A stretch of 64,000 bases of DNA, from the NCBI RefSeq assembly GCF_902459465.1, contig NC_047066.1, forward strand, positions 16,678,001 to 16,742,000. The letters are read 5' to 3'. Position 1 is the stretch's first letter, and every line of letters begins with the position of its first letter. This document shows positions 25,045-37,796 of the stretch, piece by piece. The position numbers were made by a program, and so were the translations under genes. This DNA is from Asterias rubens (Eukaryota). The notes beneath the pieces are model-generated. The model searched no databases. It saw nothing but the letters and a program-made list of their open reading frames with translations, and was not told the origin of the DNA.

Positions 25045-28000
25045 AGTCCCTCTCTCTCTCTAAATGCCAGCAGGAGGCATTACATGGTGGCAGATTGCAG
25101 TCGAGTGCACGAGCTACCAAAGAGCAACTGCCCTGCCTATGGAGAAACTGTGGGAAAGACAACCACTGGCAATCAGTATGCAGATCAGGGAAACCCCCAA
25201 CAGGCAAACCTCGCCACAAATCTCCGCACAGACGAGTGCATTACCTTGACGAGGATGAAATTGTTGATGAATACCTCACCATTGGCACCATAGAAGTCAG
25301 CAGTATTGGCTCATCCGATGACACGAGAGATGAAGTATATGCAAAGTTACGTATAAACCAGAAAGGCAGAAAACCAATCATGCTCCGGTGCAAAGATAGA
25401 CACTGGTGCACAGAGCAGTCTCCTGCCAGCCCATATGTTCCGCATTATTTTTCCAGAGAAATTGGACAGTAATGGAAACCCAGACCCCAGCAATCTGGAA
25501 ACTAGCAAGATGGCACTCACTGCATACGGCGGATCCAAAATCAAGCAACTGGGCACAGTGAAAATTCCCTGCATGTACAACGATACACAAAGCACAACTG
25601 CGTTTTCTACGTCACTGATGCAGCGGGCTCAGCAATCCTTGGCCTAAAGACATGCCAAGCCCTGAACTTATCACACTTCACTGTGCAGTGGAAACAACAA
25701 CTGTGGTGGAGAATGAGCAGAAAAATCATCCTGTCCAACATCAACCAGAAAAGCTCACGAAAGACACATGTAGCGGTCAACGCGTCCACTTCGCTGACCT
25801 ATTGGTGACGACATCGGAATCACCAACACCACATCGCTCTCCAAAATGCATCCACAGAAATACACCACTGCTCGAGTGGCCGAATATCGGGAGTAAATCT
25901 GACCTCCTCGAAATGTATCCCGATTGTTTCGATGGCACTGTTGGCTGTTTTGAGAACTTCAAATACCACATCACACTCGATCCGGAAGTCAGACCCGTTA
26001 TACACCCACCACGTAGGGTCCCCTTGGAGATCAGAGATAAACTCAAGGGAGAGTTAGGTGAGATGGAATCCAAGGCGATTATCATGAAAGTTTTCAAGCC
26101 AACAGACTGGGTTAACTCACTGGTGATACGTGAGAAAGCCACAGCCGACTGCGCCTATGTCTAGATTCCAAGGACCTCAACTGGGCCATCAAAAGAGATC
26201 ACTACCCTGTGCCTACTCTCGAAGAAATCACACCAAAGTTATCCGGTGCCAAAATGTTTAGCAAGTTTGATGCCAGAAATGGCTATTGGAATGTCGAATT
26301 AGATGAACAATCTACGTACCTCACCACATTCAACACCCCTTTTGGCCGATACCGATTCTTGAGAATGCCCTTTGGTCTCAGGATGAGTCAGGATGTCTTT
26401 CAACAAAAGATAGACGAAACCTATCGTGGCTGTGAAGGCACTGTGGGCATCGCTGACGATATACAAGTATTCGGCAAAAGCGCACGAGGCCATGACATAC
26501 ACCTTCATGAAGCTATGGAACACACCAGACGTGCAGGGATCAAGTTGTATGCCGAAAAATGCATCATCAAAACGACTGAATGTAGTTTTTTTGGACTGAT
26601 ATACTCGCCCGATGGAGTGAGGCCCAACCCAGATAAAGTAAAGGCAGTTGAAATGATGCAGCCCCCAGGTAATAGGAAACAACTGCAAACCTTTCTAGGG
26701 CTGGTAAACTACATGGGCCCATTCATCCCTCAATTAGCTGAACACTCCACATCACTGCGGACACTCCTTCGTGAAGATGTTGAATACATCTGGTCTCCAT
26801 CACACACAAAAGTGTCCAACTCCATCAAAGCTCTGATAGCATTAGACACCACTCTCACTTACTACGACCAGAAGCAGCCTGTAACACTGCAAGTTGACGC
26901 ATCAACCAGAGAACTTGGAGCAACACTGGTCCGAAAAGGTCGTCTGATAGCATTTGCATCAAAAGCTCTTACACCAGCAGAGACACGATATGCAAACATA
27001 GAGCGAGAATTACTAGCAGTCCTATACCGATGTGAGAAGTTTCATACTTAGCTGTACGGCAGACGATTCCTTGTAGAAAGCGACCACCGCCCACTCCAGC
27101 ATATTCCACAAGAAAAACTTAATGCAGGCCCACCACGACTACAGCGCATACTTCTGCATCTACAGGCTTACGATATAGAGATACGCTACAAGCCTCGTAA
27201 AGAGATGATCATTGCGGATGCACTCTGTAGAAAAGCACGAGATACCAGAGATGAAAGTCCGTATACACCATGTTGTGAGCGTGACACCAACAAAGTTGGA
27301 GCTGATAAGGCAAGAAACAGCCACAGACAATGACCCTCTAGCTGCTGAAACAACAAGTCACAGACGGCTGGCCTGACAGCATCAAGAAAATCCAATGCTC
27401 AATCAGACCATACTGGTCAGTCCGAGATGACGTAGCCATAGAAGACGGCACAGTCCTGGTTGGCAGTAGAATCTTGATTCCAAATTCTCTGCGACAGAAC
27501 AATCTACAACAGATCACCAGGTCACCACAGCGGTCACCAGGGCATCGACAAGTGCAAGCTGCCTGCAAAATCTTGTGTCTACTGGCCAGGTATATACAAA
27601 TACATTGACAATATGGTGACAAATTGCCATGTATGCCAGAAATACCAGCGTTCTCAACAGCGTGAACCAATGATCAGTATGGAAGTCCCACCACATCCAT
27701 GGCACACCTTGGGAGCAGACCTCTTTCACCATGACAAGGTCTGGTTGTCACCACTATCCCCAATATTATATAAAAGAACTAATGAGTGATGACCCCGAGT
27801 AATAAACTAAATAAAACACACAAAGAAATGACTACATGAGACCATGTTAAATTTAGATAATATATTTACAACAAAAATTATTTACAATCATGTACAACAT
27901 TGGGTAAATCGGTGTAATCATTAGTTAAACCCACAGTCAATTGAATCACTTATTATCGATTGGCCAAAGCAATCTTCTATCAATTAATGAATAAAAATCA

Positions 28001-30303
28001 CAGATACTTGTACTTCAAAGTTACGGTAGCTCGTCTCTATAGTCTTTAGTCTCCCTGTACGTTCACGTACGATGAATGGCGATTGGCACGCAGTCTAGTA
28101 TGACATCATACAGATGACGTTAAGTTTAGTCTCCACTTCAGGAGTTCACAGCGGCCCTCGTCTTTCAGTTCATCTCAAATAGGGAGTCTCATGGGCGGGA
28201 GATCGAAGCCCCAAATAATGGCCATCTAAACAGTAAATAAATAACCGAAATCCTTGCAAGCTTTTTGGATATATCTCAACATAAATAATACAGAGAATGA
28301 ATGCCATTTGAATGAATTCTCAAAACAGTAACCGCCAATTCACAAATAATCTCCGTAAGATAATCTCTGTAAATTCTGAAGAACTTCTGAATTTCCTTTT
28401 GCCCACAGCAACTTCATAATTCAATCTAACGATGTCTGCCCATTCAAAAATGTCCATGCCAATATGCAACTTTAGCAGAGTATCAATAGTACACAGAATT
28501 CTTTACACATCAGAAAAATACAATATTCAAACAAAACTTACGGTTATTGTGCGGGCGAACTAACTTGAGGCGTCTTCAGGCTGAGTGTTGCGGTGTCGAC
28601 CGGGGTTAGGAAGAATCGTTACTATGGCTCTGTTTTGCCTATAGTTTTTGGATCACAGATCAAACAAGACAGAATTCTTGTTGACTGTCTACCTGTTGCT
28701 TCAGGAAGCTTCACGCAGTTGGTACAGTCTCTAAACACTCACCATCAAAACATGCTCTCAGATCGCCGATCAAAATCGTTCTGATCAAAACTAACATTCA
28801 ATTTCACTAGCAAACTCACTCACTACTAAACTCCCAAAATCAACAAAAGAACAAACACCAACAAACGACAGACTAAACAACAACAATAACAGAACTAAAC
28901 GGGGACAATAACCACGGCCGATGTATTACGTAATGTACTGTGACAACGAAAAAAGTGTCCTATGTTACACTATAAAAAAGCACTGGAAACATACAGGAGG
29001 GTGCGGTTTGTAGCAGCGGGAAAATTAAACGCGCGCGATTGGCTTAAGGCTATACGTCATGCGGGAAGGCTAAACCAATGTGTTGCAGGGGTGGCTAAAG
29101 AACAGTAAAAATAATTAAACGCAGCGCGATCCTGACACTGGTACCTGATCATCGCGAATTATTACTCAAAATTTCTGTTCATCCGCAAACTTGAAAACCT
29201 CACCGCAAGCACCATCACAAAGTTTCACGTGTGCTCTTTGCTGAACAAGGCATCCCAGAGATTATCGTATGTGACAATGGCACGCAGTTCACCTCTTCCC
29301 AATTCCGAGCCCTAGCACAGCAGTACGGATTTCGGATCCAAACTTCTTCACCCTACTACCCCAGAGGTCATGGATTCATTGAAAGACATATCCAAACAAT
29401 GAAGAGAATCCTCACCAAATGCTGAGAGTCAGGGGACGATCCCAACTTAGCCCTCCTTACTCTCCGTGCTACACCACTCAAGTCAAACCTTGCATCCCCT
29501 GCTGAGCTACTGAACAGAAGAAAGTACAAGACGACACTACCCACCAGATCGTGACGATGTGCGAGATATACTGCAGGCAGACCAGTGTTCGCAAATGCAA
29601 TACTACAACAGACGCTCTACCAGTACCTCTATCCAAGAACTCCTCAACGACCAACCCATCTATACCAAAATCCGATTAACAAAACCTGAAGCCAAGGTAG
29701 AGTTATGAGCAAATCAACTACTCCTCGATCCTACAATGTGGAAACAGAAAGTGGAAGTCCGCTCAGACGAAACAGGATTCATCTGCGACCAGCTCCTCTG
29801 AGTTCTACCAAACCAACCCCTGTTCGCAATGCTCCTTCACACCCCAAGAGCAGACCGCTTTCTAACCGCCCCTCAGGAACACCGACTTGATTTGTAACAA
29901 CATACCATCATGTTACTAAACAAAACAAATACACACACAAACAGACACACAGTCATACAATACAGAACAGTTTAATTTGTAAGTTTAATCAACCTGGACT
30001 CTTATAAACAGAACAATGTTTCTCCGGAGGACTGAACTTTATAAGGAATAACTGGACTAATGAACATTTGATGTAAGTGATTTGAGATTAATCTTCATTT
30101 CCATTGTATTAATCTTTAAAGAAGAGGGGATGTCACATTCACATATGCATACATACAGGACTAGCGCCCTCTAGAGTCTAGCCCCTCACTCATGTACCTT
30201 TCCATCAAGATGGCAGCCAAGTGTTAACGTGATTAAAACTACCAAAGTTCATGATACAAGCTGAGTCCCTCTCTCTCACTAAATGCTAGCAGGAGGCATT
30301 ACA
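25045..30303 (+). mobile_element. Second Gypsy LTR retrotransposon, decayed, 5'-truncated
   Basis: 3' LTR at 30131-30303 is preceded by PPT GAAGAGGGGA. Only the last ~40 bp of the 5' LTR remain (25045-25084), followed by PBS TGGTGGCAG (tRNA-Leu-type). Frameshifted PR (DTGAQSNLLP), RT (FSKFDARNGYW, GIADDI), RH and INT. Confidence 0.92.
27746..29137. mobile_element. Solo-LTR-like insertion (1392 bp) within the integrase of the second Gypsy
   Basis: It begins TGTCA and ends TGACA, with a perfect 5-bp TSD CTGGT (27741-27745 and 29138-29142). Removing it restores GADLFHHDKVW-YLIIANYYSKF. Confidence 0.88.
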
Positions 30304-30635
30304 CTATTTTTTGTTTGGCTAATCAAACTCTACAAATTAACCTTATACATGTACTGTACTCAGATAACAACAAAATGTAAATAATACATGTAATTAATAG
30401 CCACATATGTGATTTATGCTATGGCGTGACACTGCAAAAGTGCTATTAATACCTGCAATAAAATGCAAAATAGTAACACTGTACAGAACAACAATTTGTA
30501 AAGTTGGCAAGGAGCTGGATATCGAACATAGGGCAAACCGGCTTAGACAGACCAACCAAACAACATGTACATATTTTAGATGATAACTTGCATCAGGGAT
30601 AAAGAATATTAATTTTGTTTTTTACCCATACACGG

Positions 30636-30790
30636 ATGTGTGTTAGCACTGTATACTCACTACTTTCCTGAGTCCTGTGAAAAAATATCACAGGCATGTT
30701 ACTCGGGTGGGATTCGAACCCACGACCCTTGCAATTCTAGAGCAGTGTCTTACCAGCTAGACTACCGAGGTTGCCCGGTAGCCAGAGGCA
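30636..30790 (-). mobile_element. tRNA-derived SINE
   Basis: A-box-like TAGTCTAGCTGG and B-box GGTTCGAATCC, followed by a non-tRNA body. There is no complete cloverleaf. Confidence 0.75.
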
Positions 30791-31642
30791 GTTCGAATTC
30801 CATGTTTTGGCAGCGGGTACTGCAGCGATATCGGGGATATACATGTACATGCAATCAATGGACAACCATCCATGCAACACCAGAGGCCACACCAAGGACT
30901 ACCACGCCCTTATTGGCCACACCAAGGACTTGTTAAAACATGTTACGCACCTTGCCTATCAATGAAGTATTATTTAAAAGTCCTACCCAAAATGCTTTTC
31001 CCCAAGTTGGACAATGTGGAAACGCTAGGCACCCTAAATCCAACTTAACCATTAATTAAACACGATAAAAAGAGAGAAGTATATCCCAGTCCTAGTAACC
31101 CATCAGAAATTCCCCAAGTCAGAGAACGAGGGGAACAGGTAAGATAGCCTTACCGAAACACAGATGCCACTATTGTAAGAAATAAATACATAATCTTGGC
31201 CCTTACTACTATAGAAATTACGTGATACAATTTAACCTACAAAGGAAATTCTAAGACCTTTAATATTTTACTGGTTTCTTGCAAAAAGAATTCCCTTTTC
31301 TAAGGTGAAATTTTAGGGGAGGTGGTGGGCAAAAAGGTATGACTCCACAAAGTGTGATAAAGTGATGCTTAGCAAGAGAAACTCCAAAATGTAACAAACG
31401 TTTTGGAGGGCGTTTCACTATGCCATTGCTAATTGGTTGCTGCTCGATCCTGTGGATCCCCCCAAAAAGAATTGCCTTGTTTGGCCAAAACATGCAAATA
31501 AGCCAAACCAACCAATCCAGCACGGCAACCACCGATCTAAGCATGTAATGCACAGACAAAGGAGAAATGTGATATGGTATGCTGAGTATAAAGCATTTGA
31601 GCCTTTAATTGATAAAATGAAATATCATTGAAGAGCTTTTAA

Positions 31643-32019
31643 AGGCAGTGGACACTATTGGTAGTTGTCAAAGACTATTCTTCATAGTTAGTATATCTCG
31701 ACATAAGCATAAAATAACAAACCTGTAAAAATTGAGCTCAATGGGTCATCGAACTTACGAGATAATAATGAAAGAAAAAAAACCCTTGTCACACAAAGTT
31801 GTGTGCGTTTAGATGGTTGATTTCGAGACCTCAAGTTCTATATCTGAGGTCTTGAAATCAAATTCGTGGAAAATTACTTCTTTCTCGAAAACTATGTCAC
31901 TTCAGATGGAGCCGTTTCTCACAATGTTTTATACCATCAACCTCTCCCCATTACTCGTCACCAAAAAAGGTTTTATGCTAATAATTATTTTGAGTAATTA
32001 CCAATAGTGTCCACTGCCT
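31643..32019. mobile_element. Kolobok-type MITE family A, copy 1
   Basis: TTAA flanks and TIR AGGCAGTGGACACTATTGGTA. The same internal sequence occurs at 39972, 54403, 59874 and 63543. Confidence 0.85.
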
Positions 32020-32055
32020 TTAACATTGACATGTTTGTTATGCTGTCTTTTGTAG

Positions 32056-32175
32056 GCTGTCGGTGATTTAGTTGTTACTCTAGATGAACTCAGTGGGCAC
32101 GATACAGAGATCTTGTGCAGCTATGAGGAGAGAACAATTGGACAAAACTTACAATCACTTGACAAATTCTTAACA
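32056..32175 (+). CDS. VCPKMT: VCPKMT exon 4
   Basis: Acceptor TGTAG|, translation AVGDLVVTLDELSGHDTEILCSYEERTIGQNLQSLDKFLT, donor |GTAAGT. Confidence 0.92.
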
Positions 32176-32449
32176 GTAAGTTGACCAAGTGTTTACATTT
32201 CAGTAGTTACACAAGTTGAAAAGGGACTTCCAATATTTGGTATATGTTTTCATGCATAAAGTAATGGTTGGCAAAAAGAGCATATACTGCACAAACTTTC
32301 TGAGGCTAATCGCTAAAAGCATTGACTTTATACATTTTAACATCCTGAATGTACAGACAACCTTATTTTGGGTTTTTTGCATGGAGCCACTAGTGAGAGC
32401 TGTTTTCAAAATCGTTATGTCACTGCAAAAATGTTGATCTCTAAAAAAT

Positions 32450-35400
32450 AGTAGGCCAGCCAAAGTATGAAGTTACACTTTGGACGGCTTAGTTTGTTAA
32501 TGGCTGGCATCCATGCTAGATGTATGGATCATGGGCTCGGGAAGACGATAAGGGTGGATGTGCCCAGCTTGATTTTGAATTTTAAGGTCATTTTGGGGTC
32601 AAAAGGTCAAAAAGGGTCAAAATTCAATATTTTCAAAATTTGTGTCAAATTTAATCACATTCGATAGATCTATCCATAAAATATATTTTTAACTTTATGT
32701 TGATATGTAATTAACGTATAAACTTTGACCTTGTACACAAATGTATAGCAAAACCAAGTGTAAAAGTGTGATTATCTTGAAAAGGGTACATTTGGAGTAC
32801 ACCAATTGTTTTTGCACTCCCAATCCTCATTGGTGCATATATTGGTTTCAAACAACTTTTTTTGAAAGGTAAATATACCCAGGCAGTTTTTGAGAAAAAA
32901 AATATTTCAAATATATGGGGTCTTTATTGACTCATTTTAAGGTCAAAATTTCAAACAAGGCAAAAATGTTGCATTTTTGAAATTTTCACAAAATTTTACC
33001 CAAAGTGATAGATCTATCCATAAAATGTATTTTTAAATTAATGTTGATATGATAAACGTATGTAATTAACGGATAAACTTTGACCTTGTACACAAACGTA
33101 TAGCAAAGCAAAACGTAAAAGTGTGATTATCTTGAAAAGTGTACATTTTGAGTATACCCGCATTTTTTGCACTCCCCATGTCAATGGTGCATATTATGTT
33201 TGAAACAACTTGAAAGGTAAATGTACCCAGGCATTTCTTTTTGAAGAAAAAAAATTCAAATACCACCTTCATGTAAGGTAATCTTGAGGTCAAAAAGTGC
33301 CCAAAATGTCAAAATTTAATTTTTTAAATTTTTTTCGCCAAATTTTACCCCAGGCGGCAGATCTATTATAAAACTTATTTTTATCATCATAATGACATTC
33401 CAAGTCTGTGAAATTAAGAGTTAATATGTTGTTTTGTACACAAACTTGTAGGAAAATTAAATCTAAAGGTGGGATTTTCTCCTAAAGTGCATATCCTGAG
33501 CATACCAAATGTTTGTTTGCACAGATCCCAGCACTGCATAATAACAGTTTTAACGAACCTTTTTTGGAAAGGTAAATATACCACGGTAGTTTTTAGCTTT
33601 AAAAAATTCATATTACACCATCCGCATTGGTAAATTGAAACAAGAAATGCGTATGCTGATTCATGCAATTAGTTTGATATACATGTAGTAGTTGTATAGT
33701 TTGACGTGCTCAAAAACTGCATGTCTGATATCAAAGTTATTTTTGCGCCCAATCTTCCCAAGTACATGTACGCAGTTAAATACTCAACTTTTATAAGTGA
33801 AGTTGAACATTCTTTTTTTGCAGTAAAATGTTGTTTTATCCTAGTTAGGCCTATACATTGTAGCTACGATGGGGGTATGGGGTATTGTGCAGTGATACAT
33901 TGTATACTTTCTTATCTGGAGTGCCATTATTCAAAGCTAACTCCAGAGCTACATATAACCAGGCACACCAAAACCACTACAGCTTGACATACTTTTATGC
34001 CAAGTTTCTTTGATGAAAGAATTCTCACTACTCTTCAGGCACTAGCAGACCGCAATGACACTCTCATCACTTTGATCAATCACTTTGTGGACATAACACA
34101 GGTCAGAAACATACCACCATCACAGTTGCCCGGCCACTATACACATCAGGAAGAAATTAACTTAAACGGGCAAGTCCAAAGTTTGAGATTTAAATTTTTT
34201 TCAAGGGAGGACTACGTCTGCTTCAACTTTCTGAAGGATTGCCAACACATGGAAAGTACTGGGCTTGGTTAGGCCTACTTGTGGACAGAGGCGGGTGTTA
34301 ATGAAGCCAATAATTTATGACTGAGCCCATGCTTCAAGGCAAAGCCTACTTCCTGCGAGGCTCTGTGGCACATAAACGGTCTGTGCTTGAATCTTGGTTG
34401 GTTAAAACTGTTTAATCAAGAATATGTGGAAGTTGAAAACTTGCCCAAAGCGTGGTTAAGCAGTTCAAATAGAGGGGCGGCAATCACACAGCAGAACTCT
34501 CCAAAGCTTTCAGATTTTCTAAGGAGTGACAATGGTCATGAGCTCATAAACAAATTCAACTAGCACTCTAGAAATCCAAACTCCCAACCGTGGTCTCATT
34601 ACATTGAGATGGTGGAGATTGAGATCCACAGTACTCGGAAAGACAGATACTTGATCACCAATCTGGGAGCTTTTTCCGCAATGCTGCCGTCCCCATCATC
34701 TATGACCATTAGGGATGTATTCATCTGGCAGATATGAAACTCCTCAAGAAGACAGAGATGTTGATGATGTTTAGAAGCTTTCATAACAAACAGTAAGATT
34801 TGTTGTGTTCCGACTAAACCCAACCTTGGCGAAGAAGATGACACAGACTCTGATATTGTTAGAGAGATACCACTGGTATCTTTGACAACCAAAGACATGC
34901 ACCAGTTGATGTGGTAAGTGATCTTCAATCAACTCCAGATCATGGAACACAGTATATAATGACCATCTGGAAGCACCGTCTGCTTCAAGAAACTGTTGGT
35001 TTTAGTGACGCAAAAATATTGCACAAAAACTTTCTCTGATCTGTACAATATTAATGTTTCAACCAAACAAATTATGTACGGTACAAAAGCCTATCAAAAC
35101 GATTGCTCAATGCTGCCACTGCTCAATGCTCAGTTGCTCAATTCTGCCACTGGAACCTACAACGTGGTCTTGATCGCTAGATCAGAGAGGGCTCCACCAA
35201 GGCAGTGACACAGTCAAAGAGAATGGGAAGAAAAAGCCAATTTGAAAGTTCATCGATAGACCGGGGTTCCACTCCTACACGTCAGGTATGGGCTATTGAA
35301 CAAAGCTAATCTCAAGTTCTTGTCAGACGTTTTCGTAGAGAAGGGCAAGGGTCTACTGGAAAGATGAGGAATAGAACAGGCGGGGGTTCTTTTATGTTGC

Positions 35401-37240
35401 GAAGCCAAGGTCCTTTTAGGAGAGATGACGTTTTGAGGACACCTTAGCAGGCTGACACCTTAGCAGGCTGACACCCGGTTGATGCTCTATGCAGAGAGGC
35501 AGTCAATGAAGGATAAGAGTGATTTGCAGGTGGAGAAATGTCATTTCTGGTGAACTTAGTGTGTTCAAAAGCGTCAGAAACTTGGAAAGAAATGCACATT
35601 AATTACCCGGTACGTTCAGTGAGAGACTTGCCAACCTGTAAGGCAGCTAAAAAGCAAAATAAGTTAATATGTGTCAAGGGAATCAACCGTAATGGAGAAC
35701 TTGCTCTCATTTAGCAGTTTGGTAACACTTGTGCACCTTGGTATAAAATCATCAACCTTGTCAGGCTCCAACTCTTTTTTAAATAAGGCGAAGAAGCGTC
35801 TGGAGATGTTATTGCCAACAAGAGATGCACTGAAACTTCACACAGCATAAACTAGGAATACATGGACGTCTCATCTCTCACACTGACACAGACACAGAGC
35901 TTAAAAGAAAGAGTGAGGTTACGTGGAAGACTACTCCTATCTCAGATGCTTGATTTGAGCTAGTTTTATAAGGGTGCAAATCAAAGGGCACCAAGTCAAA
36001 CTATAAAACTATGTCAAACTGTTCTGCGTGAATAGCATACAAGTACCTTTTTGTTTCATTTTACCACATAGGAAAGTTTGATATGATTTTTCAATTTCAA
36101 ACAATTACATGGTATATGCATTGCTGGGATAGGAAGTGCAAAACACTGTATTATGCTCAAGATACGCACTTTTTGAGAAAATTGCAATTTAAGATTTAAT
36201 TTTCCTTTACATTTGTGTACAAGACAAAAGATTAACTCATAATTTCACAGACTTTGCATGTAAATTTGATGTTGAAACTATATTTTATGGATAGATCTGC
36301 CGCCTAGGGTAAAATTTTGCGAAAAAAATAAAAAAAAAATTAAATTTTGACATTTTTGGCACTTTTTGACCTCAATATGACCTTACATGAAGGTGGTATA
36401 TGAATTTTGTTCTTCTTTTGAAAACAGCCTGGGTACATTTACCTTTAAAAATAAAGCTGTTTCAAACATATATTTTATATGCACAATTGAGATGGGGAGT
36501 GCAAAAATGCTGGTATACTAAAAATGTACACTTTTCAAGATAATCACACTTTTACGTTTTGCTTTGCTATACGTTTGTGTACAAGGTCACAGTTAATCCG
36601 TTAATTACATACGTTTTTCATATGAACATTAACTTAAAAATACAGTTTATGGATAGATCTATCACTTGGGGTCAAATTTTGTAAAAATTTCAAAAATGCA
36701 AATTTGTTGCCTTATTTGAAATTTTGACCTTAAAATGAGTTGTTAAGAACCCACATGACGGTGGTATTTGAATTATTTTTTTCTCCTCAAAAACTGCCTG
36801 GGTATATTTACCTTTCAAAAAAAGTTGTTTGAAACCAATATATGCACCAAAGAGGATGGGAGTGCAAAAACAATGGGTGTACTCCAAATGTACCCTTTTC
36901 AAGATAATCACACTTTTACACTTGGTTTTGCTATACATTTGTGTACAAGGTCAAAGTTTATACGTTAATTACATACGTTTGTAGTATCAACATAAAGTTG
37001 AAAATACATTTTATGGATAAATCTATCAAATGTGATTAAATTTGACACAAATTTTGAAAATATTGATTTTTGACCTTTTTTGACCTTTTTACCCCAAAAT
37101 GACCTTAACATTCAAAATCAAGCTGGGCATCCACCCTAATCGTCTTCCCGAGCCCATGATCCATACATCTAGCATGGATGCCAGCCATTAACAAACTATG
37201 CCGTGTTTTTTTTTTTAGAGCACTTTTTAAAGTTTGGCTG
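32450..37240. mobile_element. Foldback-like element: ~1.2-kb inverted arms (about 32450-33682 and 36010-37240) around a ~2.3-kb loop
   Basis: The arms align as reverse complements (e.g. TGGCTGGCATCCATGCTAGATGTATGGATCATGGGCTCGGGAAGACG). Each arm is built of ~345-bp modules. The termini and TSD are not resolved. Confidence 0.85.
33990..35900 (+). mobile_element. Highly degenerate CR1-like LINE in the foldback loop
   Basis: Remnant motifs (PLVSLT, VQKR, ERLANL, YKIIN) occur in CR1 ORF2 order. 34880-35045 matches 62925-63085. Confidence 0.5.
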
Positions 37241-37694
37241 GTCTATAAAAAGCATTTATGGGAGAATTATTCTGAAAATATACACACAAAACCTCAGGCA
37301 CACAGATCCGTTTTTTGCAGAGCCTTTTTATGCAAGAACAAGTATTTAAAACATACATACATAAATTAAAGTTTTTGGACTGACACAAAAACCTCAATGA
37401 TCATTTAGTTATTATGCATTTCAGAACCAATTATGAAGCCAATACCAGTATGGATCCTCAAATTTTCTAGGGAAAGCCCCCCCCCCCCAACACACACACT
37501 CAGAACAGAACTGGAAGGTTGCCATGACTACAGGTCTATCACAAGCATTATGAATTTAGGTCTGTAGCGGCAAAGAAAAAGCTTACTGTTACGTGTTGGC
37601 AACAGTTTCTAAATTACAAATAGATAAAGATAGTTCAAAAGAAGAAACAAAGCATTCATTCCTTTTATTCTTTTCATTTGTGATTTTTCAACAG

Positions 37695-37796
37695 CTTGTG
37701 AACGAAATATTTGTAGTTGATGAGATACCATTAAACCAGCAAGACCCTGTATATCGTAGCGAGGACATACACATTCTGTCAATGAAGAAAAGGTGA
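37695..37796 (+). CDS. VCPKMT: VCPKMT exon 5 (terminal)
   Basis: Acceptor ACAG|, translation LVNEIFVVDEIPLNQQDPVYRSEDIHILSMKKR*. YRSEDIHI matches the VCPKMT C-terminus. The total CDS is 645 nt. Confidence 0.92.
   Translation, partial: LVNEIFVVDEIPLNQQDPVYRSEDIHILSMKKR

Noticed and set aside
32476-37205. Foldback ends as RAG/RSS-like (ProtoRAG) TIRs
   Set aside because: CACGGCA matches CACAGTG only in part. There is no nonamer, no 5-bp TSD and no RAG-like ORF, and the arms seem to extend beyond this motif.
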